A stretch of 64,000 nt of DNA, from assembly GCA_038249055.1 (NCBI GenBank), contig JBBRWS010000003.1:24374-88373 (forward strand), in the 5' to 3' direction. Shown one piece after another: positions 1-9,662 of this stretch. The stretch is from Minisyncoccia bacterium (lineage in GTDB: Bacteria; Patescibacteriota; Minisyncoccia; Phycocordibacterales; UBA9973). The notes under the pieces were generated by a model. The model ran no database searches, was not told where the DNA came from, and saw only the letters and a program-made list of their open reading frames with translations. A program made the position numbers and the translations under genes. Every line of letters starts with the position of its first letter. The stretch's first letter is position 1.

Positions 1-605
1 TCACCCTCACGACCAGCCAATTCTTTTGCCTTTATTGTAAGTTTGTCTATAGATACAACTTTTTCTTGACCAGCTTCCTTAAGAAATGCCTTCAATGTCG
101 CATCGTCATAATCCATAGGAATAATTATCTTGGGTTCAAGAGTTACTGCTAATTTATATGCTTCTGTGGGGCTAAGTAATTGATTATTACCAATAGGAAT
201 AAATAATATATCTGGGGACTCTATTTGACCACGAATAACTGAGTTTAATTTTTCGTTAGACACTGCCCCAAGAAAACATAACGAAATATTTTCAATTGAA
301 AGAGAATAAATAGTATTAATATATTTTTTACCAGAAAGTTCAGTTTCTGTCATAATTCCTTTAATAAAAATATCCTTAATTTCATAATCACCAGGTCCAT
401 TAATTTCAAAAGGAACGATATCTCCGTGAGATACCATATCAAAACCATTAAAATCAGGGTGATTTACAGTAGAAAGAGCAATATCGGAGCCAAATTTAGA
501 TATTTTAGAAGAATATTTAGAATCTTTACTTATGGGATTAAAAGCCATAACTAAACTTCCCTGTCCGATTTTGAAAAACTGCTTTCCTAAATATGTGATA
601 ATCAT
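1..605 (-). CDS. MBL-fold metallo-hydrolase-like protein (3' end runs off window)
   Basis: Manual translation from ATG at 605: MIITYLGKQFFKIGQGSLVMAFNP...HPDFN...GPGDYEIKDIFIKG...PDILFIPIG...LEPKIIIPMDY; open to position 1; not in ORF track. Confidence 0.75.
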   Translation of the reverse strand, partial: MIITYLGKQFFKIGQGSLVMAFNPISKDSKYSSKISKFGSDIALSTVNHPDFNGFDMVSHGDIVPFEINGPGDYEIKDIFIKGIMTETELSGKKYINTIYSLSIENISLCFLGAVSNEKLNSVIRGQIESPDILFIPIGNNQLLSPTEAYKLAVTLEPKIIIPMDYDDATLKAFLKEAGQEKVVSIDKLTIKAKELAGREG

Positions 606-662
606 AGGTATATTATAACAAAAAAAATAATAAAAATAAAGCTAAAATACTCTATATAAACA

Positions 663-884
663 TTAAATAACCACCACCTTAGATAGGGCTCCAAGCCCTA
701 TCTGAGATTTCAATTTTCTAAAGTTTGATAAACTGTCTATTTTATCTACCCTATTAAATTCTTTCATACTTTCTATAAAACGATAAATATCATTCTTATC
801 TGAAAAAATGTCCCGCTTATCTACACCGCGATTATAGATATGATACATTTCCCCTATTACCAAAGGTTGTCTTCTTATACTCAT
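663..884 (-). pseudogene. Truncated REP-associated tyrosine (Y1/IS200-like) transposase
   Basis: N-terminal motif GEMYHIYNRGVDKRDIF..D..RF; ORF ends before the HUH motif; palindromes inside and upstream. Confidence 0.8.
678..706. repeat. REP-like palindrome inside the transposase remnant
   Basis: CTTAGATAGGGC-TCCAA-GCCCTATCTGAG. Confidence 0.65.
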
Positions 885-906
885 GTTTTTATAGCACAAC
901 AAATTG

Positions 907-946
907 AACGCCCCAGATAGGGGCTAAGCCCCGTAGCTGGGGCGTT
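907..946. repeat. REP-like GC-rich palindrome
   Basis: AACGCCCCAG-ATA-GGGGC-TAA-GCCCC-GTAG-CTGGGGCGTT; shares AGATAGGG...AAGCCC with 678-706. Confidence 0.7.
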
Positions 947-1146
947 ATTTATAATTTAACACTTATCAAAAAAATGAATCTCAAAAACTTGTAAAATCAT
1001 CGTATTTATAGTATAGTAATCGTATTATAAGCTCGGTTTGAAGTTTAACCCTTTTTGTGTTTAGTTTAAAAAACAAAGAGATCTTCAATCTGTGCCGCGA
1101 GACGCGGTTTTTTTAGTTCCAAAATGAATATTTTTGGAAAAATATT

Positions 1147-2274
1147 ATGAAAAAAGAAGATAAAGATGTTATTGATAACATCGCAGAACACGCAAAAATA
1201 GAACTTTCAGGTATTGGTAAAATGCTTGAAAAAATAGAACTACCACCTCAAGTGGATGCACTTGTAGAAGGTCCAGTTATATCAATTCAAAAATCATCTG
1301 TTTATATAGACCTTACACCATTTGGTACAGGTATAATTTACGGAAGAGAATTTATCAATGCTAAAGATATAATCAAAAAAGTAAGTATTGGTGATGTCGT
1401 AAAAGCAAAAGTAGTTTCAACTGATAACGAAGAAGGTTATATTGAATTATCTTTGAAAGAAGCAAAACAAGCTCTTATTTGGAGTGAAGCCGAAAAAGCT
1501 ATCAAATCCAAAATTGCTCTTGAACTTACTGTTAAAGAAGCAAATAAAGGTGGTCTTATCTTAGAATGGCAAGGTATTGCTGGATTTCTTCCTGCAAGTC
1601 AACTTAAGAGTGAACACTATCCACGAGTAGAAGACTCCGATAAAGATAAAATACTTAAAGCATTAAAACTACTCATCGGTAAACGTATTAGTGTTGTTAT
1701 GATTTCTGCATTACCAAAGGAAGGCAAATTAATATTCTCTGAAAAAGACAATAATCCAGAAGAGAGACAAGAAATCGTAGGTAAATACGCTGTTGGAGAT
1801 GAACTTGAATGTACTATTGCTGGAATTGTAGACTTTGGAATCTTTCTAAAAGTTGAAGAAGGACTTGAAGGATTAGTTCATATCTCTGAAATCGATTGGG
1901 GTCTAGTAGAAGATCCACGAACAATGTTTAAGGTAGGAGACAAAGTTAAAGCTAAAATAATTGAAATCAAAGATGGTAAAATATCTCTTTCAATTAAAGC
2001 TCTAAAAGAAAATCCATGGAAAGAATTTGAAAATACTCTTAAAAAAGGAGACATCGTCTCAGGAGTTGTTATAAAATTCAACAAGCATGGTGCTCTAGTT
2101 TCTATTAAACAAGGAGTTGCAGGTCTTGCTCACAACTCAGGATTTGGCTCAGAAGAAAAGATGAAGAAAACTCTTGAGTTAGGTAAAACATATAACTTCC
2201 AAGTTACATTGTTCGAACCAAAGGACCAGAGAATGACTTTAGTTTATTTAGAAGACCAGAAGAAAGCTGAATAA
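1147..2274 (+). CDS. rpsA: 30S ribosomal protein S1 (short, about four S1 domains)
   Basis: Repeated S1 motifs (GFLPASQL, DFGIF...EGLVHISEIDW, KISLSIK). Confidence 0.9.
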   Translation: MKKEDKDVIDNIAEHAKIELSGIGKMLEKIELPPQVDALVEGPVISIQKSSVYIDLTPFGTGIIYGREFINAKDIIKKVSIGDVVKAKVVSTDNEEGYIELSLKEAKQALIWSEAEKAIKSKIALELTVKEANKGGLILEWQGIAGFLPASQLKSEHYPRVEDSDKDKILKALKLLIGKRISVVMISALPKEGKLIFSEKDNNPEERQEIVGKYAVGDELECTIAGIVDFGIFLKVEEGLEGLVHISEIDWGLVEDPRTMFKVGDKVKAKIIEIKDGKISLSIKALKENPWKEFENTLKKGDIVSGVVIKFNKHGALVSIKQGVAGLAHNSGFGSEEKMKKTLELGKTYNFQVTLFEPKDQRMTLVYLEDQKKAE

Positions 2275-2304
2275 TTAGTAACTAGTTTCTAGTGAATAGG
2301 TTCT

Positions 2305-2342
2305 AATAAAAATGCCTGAGCGTCGCTCAGGCATTTTTATTA
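2305..2342. terminator. Bidirectional intrinsic terminator
   Basis: AATAAAAATGCCTGAGC-GTC-GCTCAGGCATTTTTATT between convergent genes. Confidence 0.85.
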
Positions 2343-2361
2343 TTCACTAAATTAATTTTTA

Positions 2362-2712
2362 TTAACAATCTAGACCCATTCTATTTTCTGTAGTAGGAAC
2401 GCAAGGTGTACCTATATATATTTCTCTTTGGCGCATATTTTTATCCCATATTTGGTTTCCAAATATAACTCCAAAAATACCCCATACTAGACTCATAAAT
2501 ATAATAAAAAGAATTATGGGTAAAAAAATAGCCCAAAATTTAATTTTGAATTTAATAGCAAATATAATCAAAAATAAAATACAAGTTATTAATGTGAGAG
2601 GATAAAAATATTCGAAATAATTTTTATAAAAAAAAGCAATAAATAAAGAAATACCGAAGGAAATAAAGGGTACTAAAACACTAAATAAATATAAAAATAT
2701 TTTTTTATTCAT
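2362..2712 (-). CDS. Hypothetical membrane protein
   Basis: Three hydrophobic segments; follows pth. Confidence 0.65.
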   Translation of the reverse strand: MNKKIFLYLFSVLVPFISFGISLFIAFFYKNYFEYFYPLTLITCILFLIIFAIKFKIKFWAIFLPIILFIIFMSLVWGIFGVIFGNQIWDKNMRQREIYIGTPCVPTTENRMGLDC

Positions 2713-2731
2713 AAATTTTAATTCGTAATTA

Positions 2732-3319
2732 TTAATTATATAGAGTCATTGCTTTATCTTTCCCTTCAGCGGAAACCATTACGATTATTTCTGCCACTTT
2801 TTTAGACATATTTTTAATAATCTTTAATTCGTCTTCTTTAAAACTTCCGAGTAAAAATTTAAGTACTGCTTCTTCCCCTTTTGGCTTTCTAAATTTACCT
2901 GTGGGTGTTGAAGGTGAAACTCCAATACGAATACGCACAAACTCACGAGATTTAACACGCTTTATTATAGATTCTAATCCGTTATGACCACCTGAGCTAC
3001 GGTCATATGATATTTTTAAGCTTCCAAGAGGTAAATCTAAATCATCGTAAACTGCTATCAAATTTTTTAATTTCTTTGGACTGTCAATCAAAGGAGCAAC
3101 GGCATTGCCTGAGTTATTCATAAAAGTATTTGGTAATAAAAATTCCACTTTTTCAGAATCTAATTCACCTTTTGCTCTTAATGATTTTAATTTCATATCA
3201 TCTTTCCATTCTGAAAAATCATTTGCTTTAGCAATTTTTTCTAAAATAATTCTGCCAGTATTATGACGTGTATTTTCATATTCTTTTCCTGGATTTCCTA
3301 ATCCAACTATTAACATCAT
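2732..3319 (-). CDS. pth: Peptidyl-tRNA hydrolase
   Basis: LIVGLGNPG.EY..TRHN, FMNNSG, GGHNGL, RIRIG. Confidence 0.97.
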   Translation of the reverse strand: MMLIVGLGNPGKEYENTRHNTGRIILEKIAKANDFSEWKDDMKLKSLRAKGELDSEKVEFLLPNTFMNNSGNAVAPLIDSPKKLKNLIAVYDDLDLPLGSLKISYDRSSGGHNGLESIIKRVKSREFVRIRIGVSPSTPTGKFRKPKGEEAVLKFLLGSFKEDELKIIKNMSKKVAEIIVMVSAEGKDKAMTLYN

Positions 3320-3448
3320 GACTTTATAATAACATAAACGCGTACGGTCTGAAATAGCTATTTAATTTAAACTAAAAATTTTAAACATTAATACAACATA
3401 TTAATACCTATTCTGTCAATAGAATTTGTGTGATAAAATATATGTCAT

Positions 3449-4069
3449 ATGGAAAATATTAATAGTCAAATTGAAAATAAAAATATTCCCGTTAAATCAA
3501 AATTTAAAAAGGGACTTGAAAATTTTTGGGATCTTGTTAAGTTTGCAGTAATTGCACTTCTTATTGTCGTTCCAATAAGAATGTTTGTAGCTCAACCATT
3601 TTTAGTAAGTGGTGAATCAATGTTCCCTACTTTCCACGATGGAGAATATTTAATAGTTGATGAATTATCTTATTTAATTGGTAGTCCAAATCGAGGAGAT
3701 GTAATAGTTTTTCGATTTCCAGGTGATACAAAAAGATTTTTTATTAAAAGAATAATAGGTATGCCAAACGAAGAAGTTTCAATAACTAACGGGGTGGTAA
3801 CTATTATAAATAAAGCCAATCCAGATGGCTTCGTTTTAACAGAACCCTATATTGATGAAAAATTCAATACAACTTCTTCTTATATAACAGGCAATGATGA
3901 ATACTTTGTAATGGGAGATAACAGAAATAGAAGCTCAGATTCTCGGTCATGGGGTGAACCTCTAGTTACTAAATTAACAAGTAAATTAATAATAGGCCGA
4001 GCATACTTGAGACTTTTACCTTTGAAAGATATCGCGTACTTGCCAGGATATTATAAAGAAACTAAATAA
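3449..4069 (+). CDS. lepB: Signal peptidase I
   Basis: VSGESMFPT, FIKRIIG, YFVMGDNR..S.DSR.WG. Confidence 0.96.
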   Translation: MENINSQIENKNIPVKSKFKKGLENFWDLVKFAVIALLIVVPIRMFVAQPFLVSGESMFPTFHDGEYLIVDELSYLIGSPNRGDVIVFRFPGDTKRFFIKRIIGMPNEEVSITNGVVTIINKANPDGFVLTEPYIDEKFNTTSSYITGNDEYFVMGDNRNRSSDSRSWGEPLVTKLTSKLIIGRAYLRLLPLKDIAYLPGYYKETK

Positions 4070-4078
4070 CACTATTTT

Positions 4079-5371
4079 ATGGAAAATAAAAAAACAAAAA
4101 AAGGGCCTATCTCATCAGTAAAAGGAATGCGAGATATTATTGATAGTCAGTATTATCAATTCCAGGGATTTTTTGAAAAAGCACAAGAGATAGCTGTGTA
4201 CTACGGATTTAAACCAATTGAAACACCAATAGTAGAACAAGAGGATGTCTTTACTTCTTCTATTGGAATAGGTACTGATATTATTGATAAAGAAATGTAT
4301 ACTCTTAAAACAAAAGGTGGTGATCATTTAGCTCTAAGACCAGAACATACTGCGGGAATAATGCGCAGTTATATTGAGAATGGAATGCAGGCTCTTCCAC
4401 AGCCAGTAATGTTTTATAGTTATGGTCCAGTATTTCGTCATGATAATCCTCAAAAAGGTAGATATCGTCAATTTTGGCAATTTGATATGGATGTAATTGG
4501 AAGTGATAAAAGTATACTCGACGCACTTGTTATTAAAACTGCCTGGACAATACTTTTAGAAGCTGGAGCGACTAATCTTTCTGTAGATATAAATTCCATA
4601 GGAGATAAAGAATGTCGAGCAGGATATATTAGAGAATTAGTTTCATATTACAAAAAACATATTAATGAACTTCCCGCAATAGACAGAGAAAGATTAAAAA
4701 CAAATCCTCTTAGAATTCTTGATTCAAAAGAAGAAAAAACAATTGAAATAAATCAAAATGCTCCTGATACTTTATCGCACTTATGCATAAATTGTAAAAA
4801 ACATTTTAAAGAGGTGTTGGAATACCTGGAAGAGACTGGAATACCTTATTCCATAAATAAATGTCTTGTTCGTGGATTATCTTACTACACAAGAACAGTT
4901 ATCGAGATAGTACAGGAAGATAAAGAAACTGGTAAAAAAATGACAATAACTGCTGGTGGACGTTATGATTATTTAGGTAAACAACTTGGCAGCAAAAAAG
5001 ATATTGCGGCTGTAGGTATTTCTATTGGAGTAGACAGAATAGTTGAATCCCCTTGGTTTGCAAAATTATCTCCTCGTATAATTAAAAAACCTAAAATTTA
5101 TTTTATTCAACTTGGCTTTGATGCCAAATTAAAATCTTTAAATGTAATCGAGATTTTAAGAAAAGGTAAAATTGCTATAGCACAATCAATATCTAAAGAT
5201 AATTTAGGAGCTCAATTAGCAATAGCAGAAAAACTAGGAATGGAATATGCTATTATATTTGGACAGAAAGAAGCACTAGAAGATTCTGTAATTTTCCGTG
5301 ATATGAGTAATCGTTCACAAGAAACTGTTAAACTTCCAAAACTACTAGAATATATAAAAAATATTAAATAA
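4079..5371 (+). CDS. hisS: Histidine-tRNA ligase
   Basis: KGMRD, LRPEHTA, FRHDNPQKGRYRQFWQ, LVRGLSYYT, GGRYD. Confidence 0.97.
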   Translation: MENKKTKKGPISSVKGMRDIIDSQYYQFQGFFEKAQEIAVYYGFKPIETPIVEQEDVFTSSIGIGTDIIDKEMYTLKTKGGDHLALRPEHTAGIMRSYIENGMQALPQPVMFYSYGPVFRHDNPQKGRYRQFWQFDMDVIGSDKSILDALVIKTAWTILLEAGATNLSVDINSIGDKECRAGYIRELVSYYKKHINELPAIDRERLKTNPLRILDSKEEKTIEINQNAPDTLSHLCINCKKHFKEVLEYLEETGIPYSINKCLVRGLSYYTRTVIEIVQEDKETGKKMTITAGGRYDYLGKQLGSKKDIAAVGISIGVDRIVESPWFAKLSPRIIKKPKIYFIQLGFDAKLKSLNVIEILRKGKIAIAQSISKDNLGAQLAIAEKLGMEYAIIFGQKEALEDSVIFRDMSNRSQETVKLPKLLEYIKNIK

Positions 5372-5404
5372 AGTATTATCAAAAAAACTAATAAAGATAA
5401 AGAA

Positions 5405-5941
5405 ATGCCTCCAATTATTCAAAACGGGGATAAAGTTTTACGAAAAATATCAAAAGAAGTACCTATTTCTAGTATAACTAAACCCAAAATAAAAAAAATA
5501 TTATCTGATATGAATTTAGCGCTCGATTCTCAATTTGATGGCGTTGCTATTGCTGCACCCCAAATCGGGGTATCACTTCGTATATTTCTTGTATCTGGAA
5601 GAATTTTTGATGAAGATTTTATTAGAGGTAAAGGATCAACAGAAGGAGGTTCATATAAAAAGAATCGTATTCCAAGTATGGTATTTATAAATCCTGTACT
5701 AATAAAAATATCTAAAGATAAAAAACTCATGACTGAAGGATGTCTTTCTGTTAGACCTCTTTACGGAAAAGTACGTAGAGCCACACGTGCAGTTATAGAG
5801 GCATACAATGAGCATGGTGTAAAATTTACAAAAGATGCTTCAGGATTACTTGCTCACATATTTCAGCATGAAACAGATCATTTGGATGGAGTTCTTTTTA
5901 TCGATAAAGCTAAAGATTTACAAGAAGTATTTGTTGAATAA
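5405..5941 (+). CDS. def: Peptide deformylase
   Basis: GVAIAAPQIG, EGCLSV, QHETDHLDG. Confidence 0.97.
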   Translation: MPPIIQNGDKVLRKISKEVPISSITKPKIKKILSDMNLALDSQFDGVAIAAPQIGVSLRIFLVSGRIFDEDFIRGKGSTEGGSYKKNRIPSMVFINPVLIKISKDKKLMTEGCLSVRPLYGKVRRATRAVIEAYNEHGVKFTKDASGLLAHIFQHETDHLDGVLFIDKAKDLQEVFVE

Positions 5942-6075
5942 CCCCGTAGTAGAAAATGGCATTGCCTATTAAGTATAATTAAATTCCACATTATAAATTT
6001 AAATAAATAAGTCAGTATTAATATTTAAGTAATACAGAAAAGGCAAACACATAATGCCATTTCTCACTACCGGGT
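5941..6075. repeat. Imperfect terminal inverted repeat element (MITE-like) between def and fmt
   Basis: ACCCCGTAGTAGAAAATGGCATT (5941-5963) versus AATGCCATTTCTCACTACCGGGT (6053-6075), 19/23 complementary. Confidence 0.55.
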
Positions 6076-6079
6076 AAAT

Positions 6080-6928
6080 ATGAATAAATTAAATTTTGCA
6101 TTTTTTGGTACTCCTGACGTAGCGGTAGAAACTTTAGAAATTCTAAAAAATAACGATTATTTACCGTCAGTTATTATAACTTCACCAGATAAGCCTGCAG
6201 GACGAGGCTTACACCTCACACCAAGCCCTGTTTCAATTTGGGCTGAAAAAAATAATATACTTATCTTAAAACCTGAAAAAATTAAACAGGAGTTTGTTGA
6301 TGAATTTTTAAAATTTAAAGTTGATTTATCTATTGTAGTTGCATATGGAAAAATATTACCTGAAACTCTTATTAATATCCCAAAATTAGGAACAATAAAC
6401 ATACATTATTCTCTGCTTCCTAAATACAGAGGAGCATCTCCTCTAGAGGCTTCACTTTTAGCTGGAGAAACTATTACAGGAGTTAGTATTCAACAAATGG
6501 CATTCAAGCTAGATAGTGGCCCTATCTTAGCGGAAAAAGAGATATTAATTGATATTAAAGACAAAAAAGAAGAACTAAAAAACAAACTTATTAAATTAGG
6601 GGGAGATTTATTATGTGAAATTTTACCAAAAATTATAAGTGGAGATATCGAGCCCAAAGATCAAGACGAATCTAAGGCTACATTTTGTACTAAAATTAAA
6701 AAAGAAGATGGAGAATTAAATTTAAACGATAACCCACAAAATAACTATAACAAATACCGTGCTTTTTATGGATGGCCAGGAGTATTTTTTTTCACAGAAA
6801 AAAATGGGAAAAAAATCAGAGTAAAAATAAAAGATGCAGTATTTGAAAATAATGAATTTATAATAAAGAAAATCACTCCTGAGGGTAAAAAAGAGATAAA
6901 CTACGAAGACTTCTTAAAACAAAAATAG
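6080..6928 (+). CDS. fmt: Methionyl-tRNA formyltransferase
   Basis: FFGTPD, PDKPAGRG, VVAYGKI, INIHYSLLPKYRGASP, LDSGP. Confidence 0.96.
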   Translation: MNKLNFAFFGTPDVAVETLEILKNNDYLPSVIITSPDKPAGRGLHLTPSPVSIWAEKNNILILKPEKIKQEFVDEFLKFKVDLSIVVAYGKILPETLINIPKLGTINIHYSLLPKYRGASPLEASLLAGETITGVSIQQMAFKLDSGPILAEKEILIDIKDKKEELKNKLIKLGGDLLCEILPKIISGDIEPKDQDESKATFCTKIKKEDGELNLNDNPQNNYNKYRAFYGWPGVFFFTEKNGKKIRVKIKDAVFENNEFIIKKITPEGKKEINYEDFLKQK

Positions 6929-6934
6929 AAAAAT

Positions 6935-7294
6935 CTAGATACTTCCACCTTTTAATATCTTTTTTACACTTGCAGCTCCCCTTTTAAAAAGAGTTTGTTT
7001 TTTATCTTTATTACTTGTTATTTGACGAAATAATTCTTCTTTTGCATCATCTATTGCAGCATATAAATCTTCCTTTTCGGAAACTGTGTAAAATTCCTTA
7101 CCAGAAATTTCTAAGAATAATTCTCCCTTAAAAACATCTCCTTGCTTGTGATGATTGGTTGTTTTTGCAACTTCAACACGACAAATTACTTCTTCATTTT
7201 TTATAAATTTATCAATACCTGATAATCGCTTATTAATATATTCACTAATAGCATCTGTCAATTCCATATTAGTCGCCTTAATATTTATCTTCAT
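6935..7294 (-). CDS. raiA: Ribosome hibernation factor (RaiA/HPF)
   Basis: MKINIKATNMELTDAI.EY...DLYAAID. Confidence 0.9.
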   Translation of the reverse strand: MKINIKATNMELTDAISEYINKRLSGIDKFIKNEEVICRVEVAKTTNHHKQGDVFKGELFLEISGKEFYTVSEKEDLYAAIDDAKEELFRQITSNKDKKQTLFKRGAASVKKILKGGSI

Positions 7295-7327
7295 AATTTT
7301 ATTATTGCTTAATTATTAATACTTACA

Positions 7328-7564
7328 TTATACCAAATTTTCTGGTAAATTAATTGATAGTATTTTACTTGGACTTTGATGCCCACTTATTATGCGAACT
7401 TGTTTTGTTGATATACTAAATAATGATGCTAATATTTGGCATATTCTGTTATTTGCTAAATTTCTCTCTGCAGGTTCCTTAACAGAAATAATATAAGTAT
7501 CTTTATTTTTCTTTTTTATATCTTCCTTTTTGGCCCCAGCAGTAACTTTAACCTTAATATACAT
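7328..7564 (-). CDS. DUF167 (YggU-like) protein
   Basis: VKVTAGAK, VKEPAERNLAN, IISGHQSPSK. Confidence 0.85.
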   Translation of the reverse strand: MYIKVKVTAGAKKEDIKKKNKDTYIISVKEPAERNLANNRICQILASLFSISTKQVRIISGHQSPSKILSINLPENLV

Positions 7565-7676
7565 TCTGTAGTAAAAATAGCATTACTTACTATTTAAATT
7601 TATCATACTAATTTATTGACCTTTATTTAGTATAAATAATATATATTATTTATACTAAAGTACATAATTTATTAAT

Positions 7677-8051
7677 TTATTTTTTATTATTTAAAATTAT
7701 TTCTTTAATTTCTTTTATTTCTTTTTCTATATTTTCTAAAATACCTCTTTCTTTGTGAATTTCTTCCTCAGTTTTTTCATCAATTCTTTTTTCTTGATTA
7801 ATACCAGAAATAATAATATTATCTCCAATAAAAAATGAAATAAAAAGGCCTGTAGTAAGAGTTAACAAGATGCCAAAAATCAGAGACATCTCTCCTGACA
7901 TATTTAGATTATCGGAAATATGCCAAATGCCTCTCCATATGGAGACGATACCCACACTCCCAATAAATGCGTAAATTATTGGGTAATGAGTTAATTTTGC
8001 CCTTATTTTATCTTCTAATTTATCAAAAAATTTATAAATTATCTTATACAT
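7677..8051 (-). CDS. Hypothetical membrane protein
   Basis: Two TM segments, WRGIW, C-terminal coiled coil. Confidence 0.7.
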   Translation of the reverse strand: MYKIIYKFFDKLEDKIRAKLTHYPIIYAFIGSVGIVSIWRGIWHISDNLNMSGEMSLIFGILLTLTTGLFISFFIGDNIIISGINQEKRIDEKTEEEIHKERGILENIEKEIKEIKEIILNNKK

Positions 8052-8062
8052 ATTTATTTAAA

Positions 8063-9556
8063 TTAGGTAATAATAAGTCCTATAATACCAAGAATAGTCA
8101 AATAAATAAGACAAGGAATAATAACTCCTTTTAAGATACTCACTTCAGCGTTTTTTGTTCCTGTAACAGCTTCAGCAGTTAAAATATCTGCAAGTGCTAT
8201 CATATTACCTGCAGCAGCCCCAACAACACCTAGAGACAAAATAACACTTGTATTGAGGGCTAAGTTAGTTGACGCTATATTAAATAAATGACCAAACATA
8301 ATATTTGAAACAGTAACACTTCCTGTCATAAAGGCTCCAAAAGCTCCAATAAAAGGTGTAAAAAAAGGAAGCATTAACGATTCAAAACTATGAGTGATAA
8401 GACTTATAGCTGATAATAACCCGGAGCTATTATTACCTGAATTTATCATTATTTGAACCATAGCTAGCATAGAAAAAACAACAAAAAATGGATAAATTGC
8501 CCCACTAAAAGCTTTTTTTATTGAACTAATAAAAACCTTTTCTTTTTCTCTCCAAATTATAATTACCAATAATCCAGAAATTAAAAAAATAAAACCAGCA
8601 TTATATAAATTAAAAGTATGATTAAATCCTAAAGATATCAATATTCCCATCTTGCCCAAAAAAATTTTTCCTAAAATTAATAACGAAACAAGAATAGCAT
8701 ATGGTAAAAAAGATTTAAAAGCTGACATTGTTGATACTTCTTCTTTTTCTTCAACTAAAGATAATTTCTCTTTAGGAATTAAAAATCCAAGTTTAATTGA
8801 GATAACAACTATTATTAACCCCGCAATAGAACCTAAAATTGACGGAAATTCTTGCCCTAGTGAGACAAATAAAACTGAAGGAACCACAAAAATTAAACCT
8901 GAAAATATTGCAAAAGGTAAAGCATCTAAAAATTCTTTTTTTCTATTTTGTCTACCTTCTGTAATTATCCACAACATAAAAATAGGAACGATAAAGCCAA
9001 CAATATTAAGTAGAGAAGCTATTAAAGGAACTGATGTGACGTTTAATCCAGCAAAACCAATCTTTATTGGTGTTCCTGCTGCTCCAAAAACCCCGGGAAC
9101 ACTATTACCAAGAAGGCCCACAACTAAAGCCTTAATTGGTGGTAATCCTAAACCTATCAAAATAGGAACAGTTATTGCAGCTGGAATTCCAAAACCAGCT
9201 GTTCCCTCAAGAAAACATTCAAAGAACCACGCAATAACAATTATTTGTACTCTGTAGTCTTTAGAAAGGCCACCTAAATAATATGAAATATTTTTAATAA
9301 CTTTAAAATCCTTTAATATTTCAAGAAAGAAGATTGCCCCGAAAATTATAATAAAAATATCAATCGCAACAAAAAATCCTTTTCCATATGATATATACAG
9401 GAAAGAAGGAATTATTTTCCAGTAAAAAACAGCAAGAACTGTATACAAAGAAAGAGTAATAACTGATGACCAGAGTAGAGTTGTCTTTTTAATTAGTAAT
9501 AAATAAAGAAAAACTAAAAATGGAAACGCCGACAATAAAATTGGTATGCTATTCAT
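8063..9556 (-). CDS. lctP: L-lactate permease family transporter
   Basis: FLEGTAGFGIP, FGAAGTPI, GAFMTGS.TVSNIMFG; many TM helices. Confidence 0.85.
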   Translation of the reverse strand: MNSIPILLSAFPFLVFLYLLLIKKTTLLWSSVITLSLYTVLAVFYWKIIPSFLYISYGKGFFVAIDIFIIIFGAIFFLEILKDFKVIKNISYYLGGLSKDYRVQIIVIAWFFECFLEGTAGFGIPAAITVPILIGLGLPPIKALVVGLLGNSVPGVFGAAGTPIKIGFAGLNVTSVPLIASLLNIVGFIVPIFMLWIITEGRQNRKKEFLDALPFAIFSGLIFVVPSVLFVSLGQEFPSILGSIAGLIIVVISIKLGFLIPKEKLSLVEEKEEVSTMSAFKSFLPYAILVSLLILGKIFLGKMGILISLGFNHTFNLYNAGFIFLISGLLVIIIWREKEKVFISSIKKAFSGAIYPFFVVFSMLAMVQIMINSGNNSSGLLSAISLITHSFESLMLPFFTPFIGAFGAFMTGSVTVSNIMFGHLFNIASTNLALNTSVILSLGVVGAAAGNMIALADILTAEAVTGTKNAEVSILKGVIIPCLIYLTILGIIGLIIT

Positions 9557-9600
9557 AGTAATATAATATCATAAAAAATATACTTTTAAAACATTAAATA

Positions 9601-9648
9601 AATAAATCAAAACCCAATTAATATAAATTAATTGGGTTTTGATTTATT
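9601..9648. terminator. Long palindromic terminator
   Basis: AATAAATCAAAACCCAATTAAT...ATTAATTGGGTTTTGATTTATT. Confidence 0.75.
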
Positions 9649-9662
9649 ATTAATTTTATAAA

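Noticed and set aside
8652-9257. 201-aa antisense ORF and the other short ORFs nested in or antisense to assigned genes (e.g. 1878-2084, 18892-19230, 21804-22172, 45723-46055)
   Set aside because: They shadow well-supported genes and show no recognisable motifs.
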